From positions 166,532,001 to 166,596,000 of the forward strand of contig NC_042997.1 in NCBI RefSeq assembly GCF_006345805.1: DNA of 64,000 bases, read 5' to 3'. The notes beneath the pieces were generated by a model. It did no database searches and had not been told where the DNA came from. It saw only the letters and a program-made list of their open reading frames with translations. This document shows, in pieces, positions 1 through 12,849 of this stretch. The stretch comes from Octopus sinensis. Taxonomy: Eukaryota. Every line of letters starts with the position of its first letter. Position 1 is the first letter of the stretch. Position numbers and translations under genes: made by a program.

Positions 1-204
1 TAACCCTTTTTATGGTGGGCGTCCTTTTGAAAATACTTTTTAAAAATTAGTATAGCAATACAAATTTTGCTAGAAAAGTTGTTATTGGTGGAAATCATTA
101 ACATAAAAGTACAAAGAATATATCCTTTATGGTAAAACGGGCAATATTCTCATGTAAGCTTAATATCATTTGAAAGGCTTTTATATATGCATATATATAA
201 ATAC

Positions 205-206
205 AT

Positions 207-267
<61 letters not shown>

Positions 268-270
268 ACA
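205..270. repeat. (CA)n microsatellite
   Basis: Direct reading of the tandem dinucleotide. Confidence 0.95.
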
Positions 271-599
271 CACGGATGCCTTTCCTGTCACGCACCTAGC
301 AGCCTTTAAATACAACTTATAAAATATAAAGATTACTACTCGATTTCTCTTTAATTATTATAACTTACACAAGCAAAAACTTGGTGGCGTTTATAAAAAG
401 CATTTTCTGTTAAATCACAGATATAGGAAGAACCTGAATAAAAATTATCTACGGCTGTGCGTTTTCCGAAACATGGATCGCCCCAACCAGTCAAGCAATA
501 TGAAATAGGTTGTAAAGAAAGTCGACCTTATCTCAACAATAGCACACTAAGCAATAAAAAAAAAAGCATTAAGTATGCTTTTTTAGCCATAACTTGCCC

Positions 600-3239
600 C
601 TCAAATGTGTTGTTTAGCAAACCTTCATGACACTAACCCGCCTTATTTGGAAACAAAGAGAAGACGAATGTAGATTACTGTATATGACTAATAGGGACAA
701 TATTGCTAACTGGGCACGGAGATACCAACTTTAAACAGTGTGGAAGGCACGTTATACAGATTTTAAAACCAGGTCTGACTTCTTAAACATGGTGACAAGT
801 TCATACCAACTCAATAGAAAATTCAACCTTTACCAAAAGGCTTATGTGGTTTGTAACCCTGATTCTTCAAATTTGATAAATATTGACATGGCATTAAAAC
901 TTCAAATGCCTCTCTAGAAACACCTTCACAGACTTCACACGTTTCATGACACATTTTCTATATGTATCATATCAGGCAAACATCTACATAACACATGAAG
1001 TTACACTGATAGATACCAACTTGAAGCAGGGCCGACAAGATCAGCTTGAAGATGTCCCCAGAAACATTTCTTAATGTGATTTTAATATCGGATAGTTCAT
1101 TGCATCTGACAGAATATCACATTGTCTGTCAAGACTTTTCAAACATTTCTATTTCGATTATGTACAGTCAGCCTAAAGATGGTAGTAGTGGTGGTTCTTT
1201 CTTCATATCTTCGCTTTCTTCTCATATCTTTTCGTTTTCTTTTTAAGTAGCAATATTTTAGTTTTGCATGAATAATGAGTGGCCTCAAATTTGTGCTCTG
1301 CGAGAGTTGAATCACAACCTAAGCATGAAGCTTAAGCAGCAAATCTGTTTATCTTAAGTACTGTACAAAGAGTACTAAATAAGTTATTCTGACGGTATCT
1401 TTTTCAAAGTCTTGAATTTATCCGAAACAATAAATTCTGTCGAGAATGGTGAAAAGTACCTGCCCATCGTACCTACATACAGCAAAATACTGGACATTTG
1501 AGAGCTGTGGCCAATGATGTGACAGGAACTACTCATCAATAGGTTTTTCATTATTAGTAAAATAAACAATTTTAGGAAACTAGCGGGGGTCTGCATCGAC
1601 AAAATATTTTTATTGGTAAAGTATAAAATTATGTCTTTAAAGTTTGTATTCTGTTGGAAGAAGAATTTCATGACGTTTCGGATCGAATTACTCACCAGAG
1701 ACAGGGAAGATTCTTTTGCGTCTTTCGTCTATCAAAGTGTGATATAATAGTGCCTTTCATGAATAGTCACGGCACTAGTTAAATTGGATTTCATTCAATC
1801 TTAAGCGTAAATTAAATTCAATCAAGTAGAGTGTTAAGTTTGATATACATTTCACTCTCATTCAATTATATAATCTGAAAGAAACAATTTGATCCAATAT
1901 TAACCAAACATATAAACAAATTAAAATAAAAAACAGTTTTTTCTATGCTTATAATTTTCACTAATTGTCATAGCCACTATAGGCATCGATTGCTGGAATA
2001 AAACAAGTGTTATATGTATGCGAATATATCTCCGTTGAAATTCTTAATTCAGTAACTGATTTCATTTTACGTACAAGGCCTTGCTCATTCATCATATTGT
2101 GAAGTTCATGAGTTTGGTTAAGTTCATATGTCCTGTGTTGAAGCGGAATCCATAATATTTGTTGAATAGAGATCTGTCATACTTATTAAGATAACTTGCT
2201 AAAAGAAGAAATTTTATAAAACAAAATGTTTCTTCTTTATTATTTTCGTAATAATTAAGAACGAAAATGAGATATCGGAATGGATACTTATGCATTCAAT
2301 CATATAAACAACTGCGATAAAAATAGTTGCACGTATCCTTTCATTTGCGGTTGTGTTAGATGGATGGAATGCTAGTGGTTGTGTACAACAAAAACGTCTT
2401 CATTCGGAAATATTAATTTTACGCTGTATTACCAAAAGTAAAGCTCTTTTATAACTGTATATTTATCTACGCTCCATTTTAATTAAATTCTAACAAAACA
2501 TTGATTATCTAAATAATAAACATTTATCAGAAAACGGTTTCGTTATGATCGAAAATTGTTGGATTCATCAAATTTATTTATAGTGTGAAGACTGCTGGTG
2601 AATATATGTTGTGAAAAATGGTGCCCGTTATTCAGTAGACTTACGTTAAAAGGCGTAACCAATCGACTTTTCTGTCATAGCGTATCTATGACTACATTAT
2701 TCAATGTGTCCTTCTTGTTTTCAAAACGGCTGGGTGTGACTTTAGGGAAATTTGATCGTTAATTCTAGTAGGTCAAGCGATCTTGTTGGTTTGTTAAGCC
2801 TCTTAAAGATTTAAATATTGCAATTAAAATTAACTGTGGAAGAGAAATTTAATGTTACGTTGCTGTATGGAAGTTCGGTTTGTTGGGGGTGGATGAGCAA
2901 TTATTTGTGATGTTAGTTTCATTTAGCGAGATGCGACGGCTCAGATTTACAAAGAAAGAAAACAGTGTTCTAAACATATTAACAGTTATCGCCAAGCTAA
3001 TATGGCCGTCCATAAATATAGCATGAAAGCTGCCGTTGATTAGCTCCAAGAGGCTATCACCTCTAGCTAGTAATATGACACACGAACCTGTGTCCATTAT
3101 AACCTTCGAACAGGGGAAGTCAGCTGCTTCCCCTTGCTAGTCAGGCATCTGCAGACATGTTTCAGGGTATTTGCCCTTTATCAATGCAGAGTAGCCAAAC
3201 CCAGCAGGCGTCGCTGCTGACTGTCTGTTCGAAGGATTA
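600..3239 (-). mobile_element. Highly degenerate Penelope-like retroelement (RT + GIY-YIG remnants) with a 5' hammerhead
   Basis: Manual minus-strand translation gives weak PLE-like pieces in the expected order: VNLSRR..E..STP (~2900), IITKPFSDK (~2530, cf. IKPADKG), NTNF..QTPASFLKLF and CRYDG (1450-1650, RT), C..TCEVC and CITCLPHC (730-960, GIY-YIG). A hammerhead lies at the 5' end. Many stops and frameshifts. Confidence 0.4.
3148..3190 (-). ncRNA. Type I hammerhead ribozyme motif, U3:A8 core variant
   Basis: Minus strand reads UCUGCA-UUGAUAA-AGGG-CAAAUA-CCCU-GAAAC-AU-GUC-UGCAGA: 6-bp stem I, 4-bp stem II, palindromic stem III (ACAUGU), GUC cleavage triplet. Confidence 0.75.
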
Positions 3240-3876
3240 TTTACCTAATTTCAGTGGAATACATCCACTGGTTTTCAAAAATAGAAATATTATTATGTGT
3301 TCTAAACGATGTATGTGAAGTCAAACGCCTACAACATGGAATCAATACAGAATCATAAAATCTTTTACGAGTTGGCCGCTTGATAAATTATTTGATTAAT
3401 CTGACATGTTACTACTAGTCATAATCGTACCACAGTTATGTGACGTGGAGTTCGCTTCTACTGGGCAGCACCTCGTGCAGTATTTTCTCCCATAGGCTCT
3501 TGTCAACTCAAGCCTTATGAAAGAATCTGAGTTGACAAGAACTGTACAGAAACCATACCAGCTGTACATGTGTGGTGGCCGACTTAATCTTTCGCACTGG
3601 TTTCATACCATCACCTGGTTACTGGGTAGGTTTAACGGTGCCCATTCAGACTAAATTTCCGTTATAAAGATGCTCTGTCTCCTACTGTAGTAACCCACAT
3701 ACCCTGGTTTCTTCTTCCTTCCACTATGCCAGTTAAGGAAGCCCTACATATTGTTAATTGGCACTGTCTTTCTTCTTCCAACTAAACTCCTCTCTCTTTT
3801 TCTCTCTTTCTTTCTCTCACACTTTTTCTCTGAATGTATGAATGCATATACACACACACACATATACATATATATG

Positions 3877-3957
3877 TCTACCTACCTACCTACCTACCTA
3901 CCTACTTACCTACCTACCTACCTACCTACCTACCTACCTACCTACCTACCTACCTAC

Positions 3958-4023
<66 letters not shown>
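3877..4023. repeat. Compound tetranucleotide array (CTAC)n-(CTGT)n-(CTAT)n
   Basis: Direct reading; source of the LPTY/LSIY pseudo-ORFs. Confidence 0.95.
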
Positions 4024-4024
<1 letters not shown>

Positions 4025-4484
4025 AATATATATGTATAAATATATATATATAACGTTTCGGGTATTGGTTCTCCTTCAAAAAGAGAAAATAAATAATGGT
4101 GTTACCGGCCATGACATGAAATTGCGAAAAATTGAATAAGATAAAGTAGTGATGTAAGGGAAAATCGATGCAGGAGAGAGAGAGAGAGAGGGGGGGGAGT
4201 CAGTGAGAAATGATGCAGGTAGTGTGCAAAGTGAACGTTAGAGAAGGATGTCCGAGGGAAGGTGTTCGTTAAAGAAGTTCATAAAAAGATCAAGGTCAGT
4301 TGAAATGGGAAGGGTGAAGCGAAGTCTGAGTCAAGTGACATGCAAGAAAGTCTTAAGAATACGAGGCAAAGGAAAGAATTGAACAAAGGAGCTCACGCGC
4401 ATATACAGACAATCACTAATACAAAGATGGAAGGAGGAGGAAGCAGAAATGGTAGATGGAACTTGCAGAGAACTGAAATCATTA

Positions 4485-4652
4485 GATAGTGAGTTCGATT
4501 CCTAACCCGGGCTGTTTGTTGTGTTGTTGAGCAAGACACTTTATTTCATGTTGCTCCAATTCACTCATCTGTAGAAATGAGTTGCAATACCACTGGTGCC
4601 AAGCTTGGATAACATCGGTGGCGTGGAGAGGGGATGCTGGTATGCATGCGAA
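4485..4652 (+). mobile_element. tRNA-derived SINE, family C, 5'-truncated
   Basis: B-box GAGTTCGATTCC followed by ttgagcaagacactttatttcatgttgctcca; homologous to 5085-5334 (-). Confidence 0.8.
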
Positions 4653-4891
4653 TAATTAAGCGGTGGAGTGGTTAGAATTATAAAAACAAAAATGATAAAT
4701 GATTAATATCAGTGTCGGGGTTGGAAGAAATATATATGGCCTGTGGTGGAAGATAAGAAGGAATGTGGAGATTGAGTTAGGGTAAACGGAACAGAGAGAT
4801 ATGAAAATATAAGGATTGTGCATACATCCCATAGTATGCAGTCATGTGTAGTTTATGGAAAAAACTACATGCAATTTTTACAACCAATCTA

Positions 4892-5062
4892 AGGCGGTGA
4901 GCTGGCAGAATCATTAGCACACCGGACGAAATGCTTAACAGTATTTCGTCTGTCTTTATGTTCTGAGTTCAAATTCCGCCGAGGTCGACTTTGCCTTTCA
5001 TCCTTTCGGGGTCGATAAATTAAGTATCAGTTGCGTACTGGTGCCGATCGAATCGACTGGCC
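4892..5062 (+). mobile_element. tRNA-derived SINE, family A
   Basis: Starts GGCGGTGAGCTGGCAGAA, B-box GAGTTCAAATTC, conserved core gcctttcatcctttcggggtcgataaa; many copies in the window. Confidence 0.85.
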
Positions 5063-5084
5063 CCAAGGCACAAGTCCGGGAAAG

Positions 5085-5334
5085 GTTGTTTATGGAAGAT
5101 CAGCAGTCACCCATGTATACCAGCCTCCCCTCTCCACACCACCGATGTTAACCAAGGGAAAAGCAAAGGCTGACACAGCTTGGCACCAGTGGCATTGCAA
5201 CTCATTTTTACGGATGAGTGAACTGGAGCAACATGAAATGAATTGCCTTGCTCAAGAACACAACAAGCAGCCTGGGTTGGGAATCGAACTCACAACCTTA
5301 TGATTGTGAGCCCGACGCTCTAACCACTGAGCAT
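5085..5334 (-). mobile_element. tRNA-derived SINE, family C
   Basis: Minus strand GCTCAGTGGTTAGAGCG (A-box) ... GAGTTCGATTCC (B-box), then the same body as 4485-4652. Confidence 0.85.
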
Positions 5335-5417
5335 AAAACTAGGCAAGCAAGAATTATCCTTATTCTTTTTTAATATATTTTTAATTTGAAAGATTAAAAA
5401 AAAAACTTTCTTTGTGG

Positions 5418-5567
5418 GTGTGTGGTTAGTAGCTTGCTTACCAACCGGGTTCAGTCCCACTGCGTGGCACCTTGGGCAAGTGTCTTCTACTATAGCTTCG
5501 GGCCGACCAAAGCCTTGTGAGTGGATTTGGTAGACAGAAACTGAAAGAAGCCCGTCGTATATATATG

Positions 5568-5639
<72 letters not shown>

Positions 5640-5652
5640 GTGTGTGCGTGTG

Positions 5653-5685
<33 letters not shown>

Positions 5686-5899
5686 CTGTGTGTGTTGTTT
5701 GCTTGTTCCCCCAACATCGCTTGACAACCGATGCTGGTGTGTTTACGTCCCCGTAACTTTGCGGTTCAACAATAGAGACCGATAGAATAAGTACTAGGCT
5801 TACAAAGAATAAGTCCTGGGGTCGATTTGCCCAACTAAAGGCGGTGCTCTAGCATGGCCGCTGTCAAATGCCTGAAACAAGTAAAAGAGAGTAAAGAGA
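5418..5899 (+). mobile_element. tRNA-derived CORE-like SINE, family B, with internal (TA)n/(TG)n
   Basis: ggttcagtcccactgcgtggcaccttgggcaagtg head/core, internal microsatellite, tail gaaacaagtaaaagag; more than 8 copies in the window. Confidence 0.9.
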
Positions 5900-6518
5900 G
5901 AACTGCAGCCAATACTTTCTTTTTTATAACTTGATCATCAGTTAAAAACAAAATATAAAAGATTGAAGCCACTAACGTAGGAACTCTTTCTCTTTCCCTG
6001 TTTGGCTAGGATCCAGTGTTACGGCATTATGACTGAAGTGAGACAAACACTTATCTATTGGCAACTTGAAACACTCTTCCTTTCTACTTCAGTGTCTTTT
6101 CCCCTTCAAGTGAAGAAAAACATAATATTAATGATGTTATTATATGCTTTATGTGAAATACTCTACAGATGATACTAGTTCAAGATTCGTTTAGAGAACA
6201 CAGGAAATAAACAACTTGACCAGGAGTGGTCAAATTTGCTTAATAGAGATCTTCCCAAAGAAACAATGCTTAATAGACATTAAGAAAAATGTCATTTGAC
6301 GTTTGTTATTTCACTTGAAGCCACTCTCATATAGTTGTTGTTGTTGTCACTGTTGTTGTTGTTGCTGCTACCGCTGCTGCTACTGTTGTCTGGGCCTAGT
6401 TACCCTTGATCGAGCAGACCCTAATATAATGATACTAGTCATATCTAGCTTGGCTCTTTGTGTAATCAGGGACTACACTGTCGTACATTTTTAAAGACGA
6501 AAATTAAGGGATATCTCA

Positions 6519-6521
<3 letters not shown>

Positions 6522-6613
<92 letters not shown>

Positions 6614-6766
6614 ACAATATAAATAAAAAAGTATATATATATATTTGTAAAAAAGAAGTTTGAAAATGCCACTATATTAGATAAATTAAAAATTTATCTA
6701 ATATAGTGGCATTTTCAAACTTCTTTTTTACAAATATATACCCACTCGTATACGATCCAATCTTAT

Positions 6767-6816
<50 letters not shown>

Positions 6817-6851
6817 ATGCATATATACATATATGTACAAACATATACATG

Positions 6852-6942
<91 letters not shown>

Positions 6943-7044
6943 GGCTCAAGCGTGGCCTCTTCGATGAATGCTTTCTACTATAGTCTCGGGCTGACCTAAG
7001 CCTTATGAGTGGAAACTGAAAGACGCCCGTCATATATATATATG

Positions 7045-7080
<36 letters not shown>

Positions 7081-7110
7081 TGTATGTATGTATGTATGTA
7101 TGTATGTATA
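6522..7110. repeat. Cluster of (CA)n, (TA)n, (CT)n and (TATG)n arrays with a partial family-B SINE at ~6970-7040
   Basis: Direct reading. Confidence 0.85.
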
Positions 7111-7479
7111 TGTGTATGTGCGTGTGTACGTGTATGTGTATTTATATATTTGTATGTGTATATTGACGCATACCCCTTTCGAAAAGCACATTATCTATAT
7201 GCATTTATTTAGATATGTAGGAAGAACTGCGCAGTTATATGTATATGTATATATATATATATATACATATACATGCATCTACATTTAAATATTTACATAT
7301 GACCTTGTTAGAAAAATATTTGGATACAGAATGATTATTGCATAGTAATCCAGTCCCTTTAAAAAAGTTGAAAATTCCTTAAAAGAAAACTTCTAAAATC
7401 AATACCAACTTTGACTTCATTGTCTTACAACTCGAATGGTATTATCTATTAACATTCTTATATGCATCCTAAAATTGCA

Positions 7480-7905
7480 CAATTCCACCTTACAATCAAA
7501 AAATCTTGATTAGTCATAAGGAAACCTTAAACCAACGCAAGCTGTGACTTGAAAATGAAGCATCTGTCACGTGAATCCATATTCAAGTTTACTCCTAACA
7601 TCTTGCTCTACAGACATGCCTGACTGAACTCAAATAACAAAATTACTCTATCAAACTGGAAAAACTGTTACCACTATCCTTTCCTCTCCAACTTAACTAT
7701 ATAATTGTCTTCTGTCTTCCTCCATCCCACATACCATACAACTATTTCTTTCTGTCTGCAAACTCATTTATAACACACCTAAATTTCATGTACGTTGTCA
7801 AATCACCAGAAGAATCTCTTGCCGAAAACACTATGTATAAAGCTTGAAAGCTAAATTAAACCACAGTCTGATGACTCCTAGTAAGCTGCAGTTCGAAGTC
7901 ACTGT
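7480..7905 (+). mobile_element. Possible PLE 3' remnant ending in a decayed hammerhead
   Basis: ILISHKETLNQRKL*LE resembles a GIY-YIG C-terminus; followed by acagt-CTGATGA...GAAGTC-actgt and an AATAAA at ~7929. Confidence 0.35.
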
Positions 7906-8022
7906 CAAACTTTTTGTTTGTTAGCGTTAATAAAAAGGGTACTCTGCCGAAACTTATGGAGCGATCCTTCAATTTTATCTTTAACTATTATTAAATACAA
8001 CTTTAGATGAAAATAAACTTTA

Positions 8023-8110
8023 ATATATATATATATATATATAAATATGTGTGTGTGTGTGTGTGTTTATATTTACATATATATACATCTATATATATAT
8101 ATATATATAT

Positions 8111-8158
<48 letters not shown>

Positions 8159-8172
8159 GTATATATATATAT

Positions 8173-8248
<76 letters not shown>
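8023..8248. repeat. (TA)n-rich compound microsatellite
   Basis: Direct reading; source of the YIYI pseudo-ORFs. Confidence 0.95.
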
Positions 8249-8250
<2 letters not shown>

Positions 8251-8449
8251 CACTAACAGTAAACAACATAAAATACGAAAATAAACGGGTTCAATACGCA
8301 AACAACGAGAGAAACTAATGGAAAACAGGATAAGTAATACAAAGAACAACCCTTCATCAGTTGTTGGCTGTCTATCTACTTCTCATTTCGAGCTTTGAAC
8401 GACAATATGAGTCTTCGAAGACAGTTGCTCCCATAAGTACCAAAATAAA

Positions 8450-9315
8450 ATTTGGTAAATCAAAGTATGTTCATTTATGATGTTTACCCAACGTTTCTCT
8501 ATGTCATATATTACATCTTTAAAAAAAATCATCTTTTGCTGTGATAAACTGTCCGAATGCTTCAATTACCTCTTCTTTATTTAAGAATGTTTTATTGCTT
8601 ATGAAAAGCTCAAAATGCTTAAATAAGTGGTGATCAGTAGGGAAGATATCAGAGGAATAGGGAGGATGTTGCAAAATCTCATAATTCAGGCTTTGCAACT
8701 TTCGGACCGTAGCTTGAGAAGTGTGATGACGTGCATTGTCGTGGAGCAAAACTGGGCCATCTCTATTCACTAATCTGGGGTTGCTTCTTTTTCAAATTCT
8801 CATGCATACAATCAATTTCCTTGCAATACGATGTTGCTGTTACCGTTTTTCCTTGTTGTAAAAATGAATAATGAATAACTCCCTTCGCAGACCACCTTAC
8901 AGTAACCACTAACTCTTTAGGGTACAATGGTGGGTTTGGGTAGTGTTTAGCTGACTCTCCTGCATCTAATCGCTGTCCTGCTCTGCTGTTGTCAAAGAGT
9001 ATCCATTTCTCATCACAAGTAATGATTTGATGCAAAAATGGTCTTTTTCCAGTCGAGAAAGCAATAAGAAGCACACTTCGAGGCGTCTGTTTCTTGGAAT
9101 CTCGTTCAGTTGATGTGGAACAAACCTATCCGTTTTCTTGACTTTTCCAATTTTTTACAGGTGTCCAAAAACAGTTGTGTGAGATGTTTGGAGTTCTGAT
9201 GAAAGTTTTCGAAACTTTGTTCTTGGATTTTGTTCAACTAAAGCATTTAATCCATCATACCGAATAACTGATCTTGGCCTGCCCCTTGGTTTATTTTCAA
9301 GGCTATCATCTCCTT
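8450..9315 (-). mobile_element. Mariner transposase pseudogene, 5'-truncated
   Basis: GRPRS..FVPHQL (cf. WVPHEL), TCDEKW, LLHDNARHH, HPPYSSDIFPTDHHLF (D,D34D motifs), C-terminal EKRWVNII; frameshifts and stops. Confidence 0.92.
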
Positions 9316-9380
9316 AACGCGCGCGCGCGCGTGACAAAAAGAAAGGGAAACAGAGCCAGGTGGGGGGAGGCGCATATATA

Positions 9381-9771
9381 TCTTTATATATAAAAGTGAA
9401 GTTGTGTGTCTGTCTCCTACGATTTAGATTCCTAACTACTCCCACATTTTGCGGTGCAGTTTAACCAAAACCGGGTATCTTATAGTCGTGATTCATATCG
9501 AGCCCTTCTGGGTATTAGCGCGCGTCTACGATGAGTCTACGATTAAAAAAAAAATTACCATCATTTTTTTCCATTTTAATGCATTTTTTCGCTATTATAT
9601 ATGGGAAGTAACTCTCTAAAAATGTCTACAATGAGTCAACGATTTAAAAAAAAAATCATTTTTTTCCCATTTTTAATGCATTTTTTTGCTACTTTTTGGC
9701 TATAACTCTGTAAAAACGCTTATATAGTTATTTCCCTTACAAACCCGAGCAACGCCGGGCGATACTGCTAG
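9381..9771 (+). mobile_element. Non-autonomous Helitron, family H1
   Basis: A|TCTTTATATATAAAA 5' end; 3' hairpin cccgagcaacgccggg and CTAG|T terminus; homologues at 45718-46110 and 59095-59407. Confidence 0.85.
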
Positions 9772-11884
9772 TTGCATATAATTTGACACTGCTTTCAGTA
9801 TAGAATCACACTATCAGAAAATGTTATTCTTAAACGTGCTTTAAAATATTAATCTTGTTTTAACACACATACACACACGGACACATACGGACACAAACAT
9901 ACACACGCAGCTGAGCTATTTGTAGCTATCTATCTGTCTGTCTGTCCGTCTGTCTGTCTATACGCATTTGCAGTCAGATGTCTATGTGTGTGTATTTGTG
10001 TAAGTGCGTGTGAAGGGATAATATACGATTTCGGTTAAATGTACTTCCATATATAACCATGCACTAAGTTCCCTTTATATTTATGACTTCAAGCAATCTA
10101 AAATGGAAATGAGAAAATTGTCTTATTGCACTAACAGATAATTTATGAGGTTTCCTATAACTGTAAATGTACACATGATGTCTATAAGTTTTAGTTAGTG
10201 TTCTGGAAAGTGAGGTCAATAGATCTTCATTCAGTTGTTGTCGTTGTTTGCTCCACCTCAATCCAAGTAATATGCTCTGGTTTACATGATCAAATATGAC
10301 CATTTCATATGATGGTTGAATGTGATTTAAAAGAGATTTGACCGCCGTTTCTAGCAGGTGAGTGATAGCGCACAATCTCTTACATTGGCTTTCACATTTG
10401 TGTTGTGAACACCGTATCAAGCTCACCAGGTTAAAAGATTTTGCAAGAATAACGAGAACTGTACTTCAGATAAAATGTTTAATACATGGAAATAATTCTA
10501 AAAAATAAAGTAGAACGATGAAAACACTCACCATAAAAGCATGAAGGAGAGAAAGCAGAATTACAAAACAAGAAATTAATATATGTATAACATCAATAAA
10601 GCATTGCCATACTGTATAAGTGATAGACGTGGGAGATATATAGGATGATGTGAAAAACTGTTTGTTCCTAATTTTCAATTTTATCCCATGAGCGCTTTCG
10701 AGCTACAAGAGGACTTCAGACGAACTGCGATAGAAGACTAAAATCGACAACTGTGAGTCCCAGTCGAAACTGTAGGATGGACACACACATCTTTATTGTT
10801 CTGTGAGACTGAAAATGTACGGCATCTATCTTCGATTTAAAGTCGACTTCAGCTGTCTAATGATAAGAGCTTCGGCATACACTTCCGATTTGCTCGTTCA
10901 TAATGTCGTTCCAAAAATCCCTTTCTTTAAATGTTATCCATATCTTTACTGAAACAATCTACTTGGTGGAATCGATATGAAGTAGCGCGCTATTAATTTG
11001 GTGTATGATTCATTCTTTCTGTCGATCCGTTTGCCAGTCTGTCCGTCTGTCTCCGTCTCTGTCTGTCTCTCTTTCTCTCTAGGATGTTTGAATGACTACA
11101 TCCATACAGCAACTGATACATCAATTTGGTATCTAAACATGTTATTATGATCACAGTCATGTCTGTCGTTCTCTGTTCATATCGGACAGCAACCAAAATA
11201 GACCGGTTGTTGTTGTTGTTAATCGATGTGTATTCCTCATGGACTCGCCTTGTTTTTTGATACTTTGATGCGGAGTTCAAATTTTCAAAATCAGTTCCTT
11301 AATCTTTTCTCCGTTTGCTCTCTACAATAGCACAAGCTCCTGTAGACCCTATCTTTGTTATTCCATTTCCCTTTCATTCATCCGCTATCAGAATGACTGA
11401 CATCAGTACCTGACTGTCAAAAGGTTATCGGATGCTGGTGTCGGTCTTCTCAATAGAATGTACTTACCTCACAAACCACCGCTTGTAGTCACTAACGAAC
11501 AATATTAGTCAGAGGTTTTTACTCACAGCTCTTTCTAGTTTGGCTCATCGCATATGGACATGCAGCGGGCAGATTCGTTTGCTGCGACTTTTGGAGTTAT
11601 AGTTTCTGAGTCACTGAGTGTCACACGGTTCCGAATCTCATTTGCCGTTATTAACTTTACATATCAGCCCGCCCGAACCCGTTGCAACTTGAAAGCGCTC
11701 AGAAATAAAATTAAAATTTCAAATCAACAGCAAAGTTTCTCACGTCATCCGTTAACAGTTCATTTATTTGCTTATTTGTTTATATGTGGTTTTTGCTACC
11801 TATATCGTACGTAATTACATGGTGTCACTGTATAGAATAAACAGGTTGCATGAGATACATCAGTACATTCTCTCTCTCCCTATA

Positions 11885-12028
11885 CACACATACACACACA
11901 CATACATACATACATACATACATACATACATACATACATACATACATACGTACGCACGTATGTATGTATGTATGTATGTATGTATGTAGTATGTATGTAT
12001 GTATGTATGTATGCATGTTCGTGCGAGT

Positions 12029-12063
<35 letters not shown>

Positions 12064-12112
12064 GAATGTATGTGTGCATGTTCGTGCGTGTTTGTGTGTA
12101 TATACGTGTATA

Positions 12113-12206
<94 letters not shown>

Positions 12207-12230
12207 CAGAGAGACAGAGAGAGAGAGAGA
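11885..12230. repeat. Compound (CATA)n/(TATG)n/(TA)n/(GA)n array
   Basis: Direct reading. Confidence 0.95.
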
Positions 12231-12849
12231 AAGAGTGCCATCTATGTATTATACTTAAGGCATATACACAATGGCAGGCAAGATGCTACGATTTTCGTCC
12301 GAGATAAAATCTCGCATGACATGTGTTAAAAGTATTATATGTCGAAGTATATTAAAAACAATATACGTCGGAAGGAAACGAAAAATCGCCTCGATAAACA
12401 CTAAAGAGAATGCCAGAGGAATTCCACCCTTCTTGACTCTTGTTAATTACGTGTACTTGCAGCCACATGCCTAGACGGAATTTTTCGCCTCTGAAATGTA
12501 AGAAACAGTGAATAGTGCATTCACTGATATTGCGAATAACCGTCAGGCAGAATGAAAAATTCAGTGTATGCAATAAAAGTAGCATTTACATATTTGTTTG
12601 TGCTTGCGTGTACTTGTGTGAGAATGTGTGCATCGTTATTTGTCTCATACCACTGTTCGGTATTCGTTTGCTTTCTTCCTTGTAACTTAGCGGTTTGGCA
12701 AAAGTGTACGATAGTATAAGTACAGATTTGAAATAGGCTCTGGGATCGATTTGCTCAGTTCAACGATCAAGGTATTGCTGAAATATGACCATGGTCAAAT
12801 GAAATCAGTGAAAGAATGTAAGAATAAAAGGATACATATTTCTCCCATG

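Noticed and set aside
1-30. Telomeric repeat (taaccc at the window start)
   Set aside because: Single occurrence with no array.
5270-5334. tRNA gene
   Set aside because: A and B boxes are present but there is no intact cloverleaf, and the sequence continues into a SINE body; the same applies to the other SINE heads.
6005-6300. Gypsy RNase H remnant (DPVLRHYD)
   Set aside because: One short motif only, with no supporting downstream residues.
8250-8440. Hammerhead at CTGATGAAGGG (8350-8360, -)
   Set aside because: No closing GAAAC or stem III in a foldable position; at best a decayed PLE-type terminus.
11600-11710. Hammerhead-like GAAAGCGCTC
   Set aside because: No properly placed CUGANGA or stem II.
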